Below, in pieces: positions 47,795 to 53,710 of a stretch of DNA of 53,710 nucleotides. Below the pieces are notes generated by a model. It was given only the letters and a program-made list of their open reading frames with translations. It did not search any database and was not told where the DNA came from. The stretch covers positions 1 to 53,710 of the forward strand of contig JAIRTP010000068.1 in assembly GCA_031254805.1 (NCBI GenBank). The letters are read 5' to 3'. Source of the stretch: Bacteroidales bacterium (lineage in GTDB: Bacteria > Bacteroidota > Bacteroidia > Bacteroidales > WRLA01). Position 1 is the first letter of the stretch; each line of letters begins with the position of its first letter. Made by a program: the position numbers and the translations under genes.

Positions 47795-49249
47795 GTGAAA
47801 AAAGTTCTAATATTTGTAGTCGCTGTTATTATTGGATTATTTATTAGCTTAATAATCGTATCGGAGACAAAACATTCGAGGCAAATTGAGCCTATTGAAA
47901 AGGTCGTTATTCCTGATATATTATCCGGTTTTGAAGATCGGTTGAGCGCGGCCGTACAGATAAGAACTATTTCTTATGAAGACGTCCAGTTGAATGACAC
48001 GGTTGCATTTATTGCTTTTCATCAGTTTTTGCATAATCATTTCCCTTTAGTTCATGAGCGAATGCACTTGATTAAAATCAATCGATTCGGTTTGCTTTAT
48101 GTTTTAGAAGGAAGTAATCCTGATTTAAGACCGGCTATGTTTCTTGCGCATCAGGATGTTGTTCCTATTCCGGATAGTTCCGTTTGGAAACATCCCCCTT
48201 TTTCGGGTCATAACGACGGCGCATTTATTTGGGGACGCGGAACAATTGACGATAAAGGAAGTCTGTTGAGTATTTTAGAAGCTGCGGAGTTGTTTTTACA
48301 AAATAACGGTCAACCGCAACGTTCTTTGATTTTGGCTTTTGGATTTGATGAAGAGATCAACGGAGAGTTTGGCGCAAAAGCTATTTCGGGATATTTAGAG
48401 GAAGAAGGAATTCGTCCAGAGTTTATATTGGACGAAGGATTGGTATTGACGCACGGAGTTGTTCCTATGATAGAAAAACAGGTCGGATTGATTGGAATAG
48501 CAGAAAAAGGCTATCTTACATTAAGATTGGTAACGGAAATGGACGGCGGTCACTCTTCTATGCCCGATGAAGAGAATTCTTTATCTGTTTTGGCGGCGGC
48601 AATTACAAAACTCAATGAAAATTCTTTTGACGCTCATTGGTGCGAGCCGGTCATGCTTTTCATGGATTATTTAGGTCCTGAAATGGATTTTTTTCCAAGA
48701 TTGGCATTTAATAACCGTTGGTTTTTCTCTCCAATTATCAAACAAGTTTATTTAAGTTTTGCGGAAGGACGCGCATCGTTACGAACGACAACGGCTCCGA
48801 CAATTTTTCGCTCGGGCGTGAAAGATAACGTGATCCCGCAAACTTCCGAAGCGTTGGTCAATTTCAGGATACTACCCGGAGAGACAATAGAAAACGTCGT
48901 CGTTCAAGTCAAGAAAATCATCAACGATGATCGCGTAGCTATATTCATATATGGGCAACCTTTCGCGCCTCCTGCTCCATCGCCAATATCGGGAATTGGG
49001 TTTGAAACAATCATGCAATCTATTACCGCTCAGTATGAAAACGCTATTGCCGTTCCTTATTTGACGCTAGGAGGAAGCGACGCTAAACATTATTATAATA
49101 TTTGCGATAATATTTATCGCTTTGCTCCTTATGAAATGACGGGAGAAGATATGTCGATGATTCACGGCGCTAATGAGAAGATATCTATTGCCAATTATCG
49201 GAGAATGATCGAGTTTTATTATAGAATGATCTACATGGTATGTAATTAA
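47795..49249 (+). CDS. M20 metallopeptidase/amidohydrolase (carboxypeptidase S/PM20D1-like)
   Basis: HQDVVP, GRGTIDDKG, DEE, DEG, GGHSS, IHGANE; N-terminal anchor; GTG start. Confidence 0.9.
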   Translation: MKKVLIFVVAVIIGLFISLIIVSETKHSRQIEPIEKVVIPDILSGFEDRLSAAVQIRTISYEDVQLNDTVAFIAFHQFLHNHFPLVHERMHLIKINRFGLLYVLEGSNPDLRPAMFLAHQDVVPIPDSSVWKHPPFSGHNDGAFIWGRGTIDDKGSLLSILEAAELFLQNNGQPQRSLILAFGFDEEINGEFGAKAISGYLEEEGIRPEFILDEGLVLTHGVVPMIEKQVGLIGIAEKGYLTLRLVTEMDGGHSSMPDEENSLSVLAAAITKLNENSFDAHWCEPVMLFMDYLGPEMDFFPRLAFNNRWFFSPIIKQVYLSFAEGRASLRTTTAPTIFRSGVKDNVIPQTSEALVNFRILPGETIENVVVQVKKIINDDRVAIFIYGQPFAPPAPSPISGIGFETIMQSITAQYENAIAVPYLTLGGSDAKHYYNICDNIYRFAPYEMTGEDMSMIHGANEKISIANYRRMIEFYYRMIYMVCN

Positions 49250-49363
49250 AAACAAAGGTTAATATGGAAAAGTTTATGGCGATTTTCCATTTTCTCACGC
49301 GCTTATTTCCTTTTTTATCATTTGCAACTTTTTCCCTACCTTTGCCATAAAAAAGCGTCAATT

Positions 49364-50917
49364 ATGAAACTTCAACAATATTTGCGTTATTCTTATCTTG
49401 CAGGATTGGTTATTGTGATCGTCGGCATGACTTTTCTCAATTTTTTAGTTAGCGTCGGATTGCTATTTTTGATCGTTGTGTGGTTATTTGATATTTTTTC
49501 AGCAAAAGACTTAAAGCGGCGCTTTAGTTTTAAACATAACAAAGCTCTTTTCGCTTTTATTTCTATCTATCTGCTTTACATCGTCGGATTATGTTGGACT
49601 TCTAATTTCTCTTTTGCAGGAGACGAACTCTTTGCAAAAATACCCATCCTCATTCTTCCCGTAATTATCGCTACGAGCAAGAAATTGACTGCTAGAGAGA
49701 TCAAGCGGCTCTGTTGGATATATTTTGGGGCGACAATTGTAGGCTCTTTTCTGGTTCTCTATACATTTATTTTCGACGACGTGGAAAAAGCGGCCGACTT
49801 GGTTTGGTTTAATTCTTATACCATATTCGGGCTTAATTTACTCCTGTGTATCATTCTGTGCGTTTGGATCATAAAACCGGTAGCGCTCTACCTGACCCAT
49901 TTTGAAAATTATAAAGGAAAAATCATTTACGGCGTTTTAATTGTTTGGTTTTTAGCGATTTTAATATTGCTTAAAGATACGTTGACGTTAGGAATATTAG
50001 CCGTCACTGCGGCATTTATTGCCGGTCGGTTTCTTTTTTATTATCCCAGCATGGCTGTAAGATGGGGAACCGTAGCCATGGGCGTTTTCATTTTCGGATA
50101 TCTTATTTACTATTCGATATCGACTTATCAGGACATGATGCCGAAAGAGACAAAAATCTTGGCGGAATTGGATAAAACGACATCGCGCGGCGGTATATAT
50201 ACGCATGATATTGAGAATAATCAGCTCGAAAACGGTTATTGGGTTTATATGTATGTCTGTGAACCTGAATTGAAAGAGGCATGGAAGAAACGCAGCAATA
50301 CGCCTTACGATACTTGGGATTTGGATAAAACGCTCATTCGTTTTCTTACCGGAAAAGGATGGCGAAAAGATGCGGAATCGGTGGAGGCGTTGACCGATTC
50401 GGAAATCCATTTGATTGAACATGGCGTGGCCAACCATAAATATGTAGACGGTCCGGCCCCATTGACAAGAATACGTATCTTACTTTGGGAAATACATGCT
50501 TGGCGAACGGTGAAAATCGAATCCATCAGCGGCTTTTTCGAATCGTACATCTCGTGGGAAATGGCTTGGGATTGTATTAAAGATAATTTTTGGAATGGCG
50601 TCGGAACCGGAGACGCACAGGATGCGCAAATGGCGGCTTATAAAGCGTCGAAATCGACGCTTTCATCTGAAACGCCTCGTAATCAGTATTTGTCCATTTG
50701 GCTCTCTTTTGGAATTATCGGATTAATCTGGTTTTTGTTTGCCGTCATTTATCCGGCTATTAAAACCGGAAAATTTCATTCAACGATATATCTTGCCTTT
50801 TTTGTCGCTCTTGTCGCCTCCATGTTTACCGACGATACATTAAGAACACAAGCGGGAACGGCAATATTTGCACTTTTTAATGCGTTATTTTTATTCGCAA
50901 CTCCTGACGAGTTGTAA
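49364..50917 (+). CDS. O-antigen ligase (Wzy_C/WaaL)-family membrane protein, divergent
   Basis: Multi-TM with a periplasmic loop; GVGTGD..RNQYL..FGIIG..DDTLRTQAG; likely start ATG 49364 after TACCTTTG at 49337-49344. Confidence 0.75.
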   Translation: MKLQQYLRYSYLAGLVIVIVGMTFLNFLVSVGLLFLIVVWLFDIFSAKDLKRRFSFKHNKALFAFISIYLLYIVGLCWTSNFSFAGDELFAKIPILILPVIIATSKKLTAREIKRLCWIYFGATIVGSFLVLYTFIFDDVEKAADLVWFNSYTIFGLNLLLCIILCVWIIKPVALYLTHFENYKGKIIYGVLIVWFLAILILLKDTLTLGILAVTAAFIAGRFLFYYPSMAVRWGTVAMGVFIFGYLIYYSISTYQDMMPKETKILAELDKTTSRGGIYTHDIENNQLENGYWVYMYVCEPELKEAWKKRSNTPYDTWDLDKTLIRFLTGKGWRKDAESVEALTDSEIHLIEHGVANHKYVDGPAPLTRIRILLWEIHAWRTVKIESISGFFESYISWEMAWDCIKDNFWNGVGTGDAQDAQMAAYKASKSTLSSETPRNQYLSIWLSFGIIGLIWFLFAVIYPAIKTGKFHSTIYLAFFVALVASMFTDDTLRTQAGTAIFALFNALFLFATPDEL

Positions 50918-50944
50918 TTTGTACCTTACTGTTCATTCTTAACG

Positions 50945-52207
50945 ATGAAAATTTTCAAATTTGGCGGCGCTTCCGTAAAAGACGCTCAATCGGTACGCAA
51001 TGTTGTAAATATTTTGGAACGATACGACAAAGATCAACTGTTTGTCGTATTGTCCGCCATGGGGAAAAATACCAACGAATTGGAAATGATCGTGCAAGAG
51101 CGTTTTTTTGGAAATGACGTAACAGAACTGCTAGATGCGTTCAAAGAACGGCAATGCAGTATTGCCCGGGCGTTAATTCCCGAACATTCTAAAAATATTA
51201 TCTTGCCCGCTATCGGAAAGTTATTGACGGAAATCGACCGCATTCTTTTACAAAGAGACTCTTTCTGTGATTTTGACGCATTTTATGATAGCGTGGTTTC
51301 ATTTGGCGAAGTGTTGTCAACGCAGATTATGCATCAATATTTAAATTATTGCGGTAAAGAAAATGTTGTGATCAATGCGTTTGACTGGGTAAAAACCGAC
51401 GACTATTTTCGTTTCGCCAAAGTCGATATGGAATCTTCTTCAAAAAAATTACGCGAAGCTATCCGGAAAAATAATGGCAAGAAGATATTTCTTACACAAG
51501 GGTTTATCGGCGCTAACGAAAAAGGATATCCTACGACATTAGGACGCGAAGGAAGCGATTATACGGCCGCTTTGGCGGGAGCTATTTTGGAAGCGGAATC
51601 GGTAACGGTATGGAAAGATGTTCCTGGACTTTTAAACGCCGACCCAAAACGAATGGAGAATTTGCAAAAGATCAATCGCATCTCTTATCGGGAAGCGATT
51701 GAATTGGCGTATTATGGGGCAAAAGTGATTCATCCAAAAACCATAAAACCTATTGAGAACAAATCGATTCCACTTTATATCAAGTCTTTTTTGGATACTG
51801 ATTCCGAAGGGACGCTGATTCATCACACTTGCGATTGCGACGATTCCGTTCCATTTTTTATTTTTCATGAAAATCAAATGTTAGTCAGTATTTCCGTGAA
51901 AGATATGTCGTTTGTTACCGAAGAAAGTTTGCATCATACATTCGGCATTCTCAATCGCTTTCGGATTCGCATTCATTTGATGCAAATTTCGGCCGTCAGT
52001 TTTTCCATCTGCATTGACAACGATAAGAGTCATTGCAAAGAACTTATCCAGACCTTACAAAAGGATTATACCGTAAAATATAATACCGATCTTGAGTTGA
52101 TCTCTATTCGACATTATCATAATGTCGATATAGAAGAATTTATGAAAGATAGAGAAATTTTACTGGAGCAGCGCAGCCGTTCTATTGCACAATTTGTTGT
52201 ACGATAA
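50945..52207 (+). CDS. lysC: aspartate kinase
   Basis: FKFGGASVK, SAMGKNTN, TTLGREGSDYTA, WKDVPG..ADP, YYGAKVIHP; ACT domain. Confidence 0.95.
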   Translation: MKIFKFGGASVKDAQSVRNVVNILERYDKDQLFVVLSAMGKNTNELEMIVQERFFGNDVTELLDAFKERQCSIARALIPEHSKNIILPAIGKLLTEIDRILLQRDSFCDFDAFYDSVVSFGEVLSTQIMHQYLNYCGKENVVINAFDWVKTDDYFRFAKVDMESSSKKLREAIRKNNGKKIFLTQGFIGANEKGYPTTLGREGSDYTAALAGAILEAESVTVWKDVPGLLNADPKRMENLQKINRISYREAIELAYYGAKVIHPKTIKPIENKSIPLYIKSFLDTDSEGTLIHHTCDCDDSVPFFIFHENQMLVSISVKDMSFVTEESLHHTFGILNRFRIRIHLMQISAVSFSICIDNDKSHCKELIQTLQKDYTVKYNTDLELISIRHYHNVDIEEFMKDREILLEQRSRSIAQFVVR

Positions 52208-52472
52208 AATGATTGTCCGCCTGATTTTATTTATTTGATACTACCTTTGTGTTCAACCACAAAAAATAAAAAACAATGAAACAAATAATATTTAAAAATT
52301 GTGAGATGATTTCTTTAGGCAAGCCTTGAAATACAAAAAACTTCCGAGAGTAATAGTAAACCCTCCACTTAATAATCTTTAAGTGTTGCTGCTATTTGAA
52401 TTTTGAAATTTTCATCAACTATATAGCACGCAACAAAGAAATTGCTATTTATTATTCCTGCTAAAAAAAAGA

Positions 52473-52793
52473 TTATATTTTTTTCAACTCTTCTTGTACT
52501 ATTTTTCTGATTTCCTCAATGTCAATAATATTATTGCTTTGATTATTGATATATCCGCTTTGATTAGCTGCTGCATTAAACACAATATTAAAAACATTCG
52601 TTGTATTCAATAAAAAGGATATATCTATTTCCAAAATTTCTGCAATACGCTGCAATCTATCAATCTTGGGAATTATTGTGCCGCTTTCTATTCGCGCATA
52701 AGTGGACTGGGATATTCCCAATTCTTGAGCCACGTACTCTTGAGAATAATTTCTTAACTCTCTTATTTGCTTAATATTACTACCTATATTCAT
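52473..52793 (-). CDS. XRE-family HTH transcriptional regulator
   Basis: IKQIRELRNYSQEYVAQELGISQSTYARIESG; likely start ATG 52793; TATTTTTG at 52812-52819. Confidence 0.9.
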   Translation of the reverse strand: MNIGSNIKQIRELRNYSQEYVAQELGISQSTYARIESGTIIPKIDRLQRIAEILEIDISFLLNTTNVFNIVFNAAANQSGYINNQSNNIIDIEEIRKIVQEELKKI

Positions 52794-52902
52794 TTTCGTA
52801 TAAATTATGTCCAAAAATAATAAATTATTCGTAAAATGAATAGAAAAAATATCTATACTTCTGTTGAACTTTTCTAGAGTTAAATTTAAAAACATAAATC
52901 AC

Positions 52903-53284
52903 ATGAATACAATAAAATTGACATTAGATTTTTTGTTCTTCAAGGCTTTTATTGCCGAAAAATAAAAAAGAAATTGCATTAAGAATTGTAGGATGAGGCG
53001 GCACACCCCCGCCTCGTCATCCAATAGGAACACCTTGGGAGGGAGAGATATACTGGGAATGGACAAATTGGTGGCAAGACCGTGGTTATAATACTCTTTG
53101 TATATATGATCAGTTTGGGATTATACGCGAGGCGTTTATAAACGGAATATCTGTACTTGATTTAGAATTGATGGAAGAACTTGAAAAAGAGGTTATTGAC
53201 AGGGATGATGATGACAGAGATGATGATGAAATTGAAGAAGAAGATGATCTGATTTTATTTGAGGATTATGTAGCTTATGCTTAA
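52903..53284 (+). pseudogene. interrupted precursor-like ORF (double-Gly-like leader, Trp-rich core, acidic tail)
   Basis: ATG 52903 needs a +1 frameshift, then ..KKEIALRIVG-TGA-GGTPPPRHPIGTPWEGEIYWEWTNWW..DDDDRDDDEIEEEDD..YA* (95 open codons after the TGA). Confidence 0.5.
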
Positions 53285-53428
53285 ATCTTTTGTTAATTTA
53301 AATAAATGTCCTCAATATTTCGACAAATCGTATCTTTGAAAAATAAAATATTTGAGAAAGAGTAATGTATAATAAATAAGAATGCCCACTGTCTGGACGG
53401 TCTTGTTGGTTATTTCAAATATCAATAA

Positions 53429-53710
53429 ATGAACAGGTTATTTTATTTTTTTATTACAGTTTTTTCAGTCTTTACGGTTTCTTCACACCCGTTTACTCAA
53501 GATGCTGAGCAGCGACTTTTGTCGTTTTGTGAATTGTATAGTACGGTAAAATATTACTACCCCGAACCAAATTTGCAGGATTTTCCATGGAATGCCTTTG
53601 CTTATCAAGGATATATAATTGCCACAACTTCAAAAAACGATAAAGAGTTTATCAAGAAAACCGAAGAACTTTTTCAAATCATTGCGCCTGGCGTACAGAT
53701 TAGCAGAGAT
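53429..53710 (+). CDS. S41-family peptidase, N-terminal part (runs off the window)
   Basis: MNRLFYFFITVFSVFTVSS signal peptide, then LLSFCELYSTVKYYYPE..PWNAFA..LFQIIAP, typical of the Bacteroidota S41 N-terminal helix bundle; TATCTTTG at 53331-53338. Confidence 0.6.
   Translation, partial: MNRLFYFFITVFSVFTVSSHPFTQDAEQRLLSFCELYSTVKYYYPEPNLQDFPWNAFAYQGYIIATTSKNDKEFIKKTEELFQIIAPGVQISRD

Noticed and set aside
871-51877. Numerous 60-160 aa ORFs in the track lying antisense to or inside long genes
   Set aside because: They are shadow ORFs of well-supported genes, with no independent motifs or start signals.
52450-52470. TATTATTCCTGCTAAAA as another IS630 end
   Set aside because: Only weakly similar to the 46101/47022 IRs, with no partner end or transposase remnant.

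Overview
AT-rich chromosomal segment of a Bacteroidota bacterium, probably Bacteroidales. This rests on TAnnTTTG promoters, no Shine-Dalgarno motifs, T9SS type-B cargo, GlyQS-type GlyRS and the rpmG-DUF4295-ftsY order. Most of the window is housekeeping. It contains a dcw cluster (mraZ-rsmH-ftsL-ftsI-murE-mraY-[murD slot]-ftsW-murG-murC-ftsQ-ftsA-ftsZ) running on into yqeY-ftsB-frr, two tRNA-Lys genes, ftsY/rpmG, cdd/pfp/rpoN/asnS, rplS, recQ, glyQS, xerD and lysC. Accessory genes include two T9SS cargo proteins, a PNGase F-II-like enzyme, a His/Cys protein-TonB receptor-HMA metal module, and an XRE/precursor/S41-peptidase locus at the right edge. There are decayed IS remnants of the ISAs1, IS1634-like and IS630 families. 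Four things stand out. (1) The murD position holds only an intact 185-aa degenerate MurD C-terminal domain. (2) Back-to-back sigma54-type promoters upstream of mraZ appear to drive an unannotated ~215-nt structured RNA carrying motifs complementary to AUG-AAA-AAA start regions. (3) An unannotated double-glycine-like precursor ORF has an in-frame TGA inside a hairpin. (4) An IS630 sits in the xerD promoter. All assignments come from reading motifs by eye; no database searches were run.
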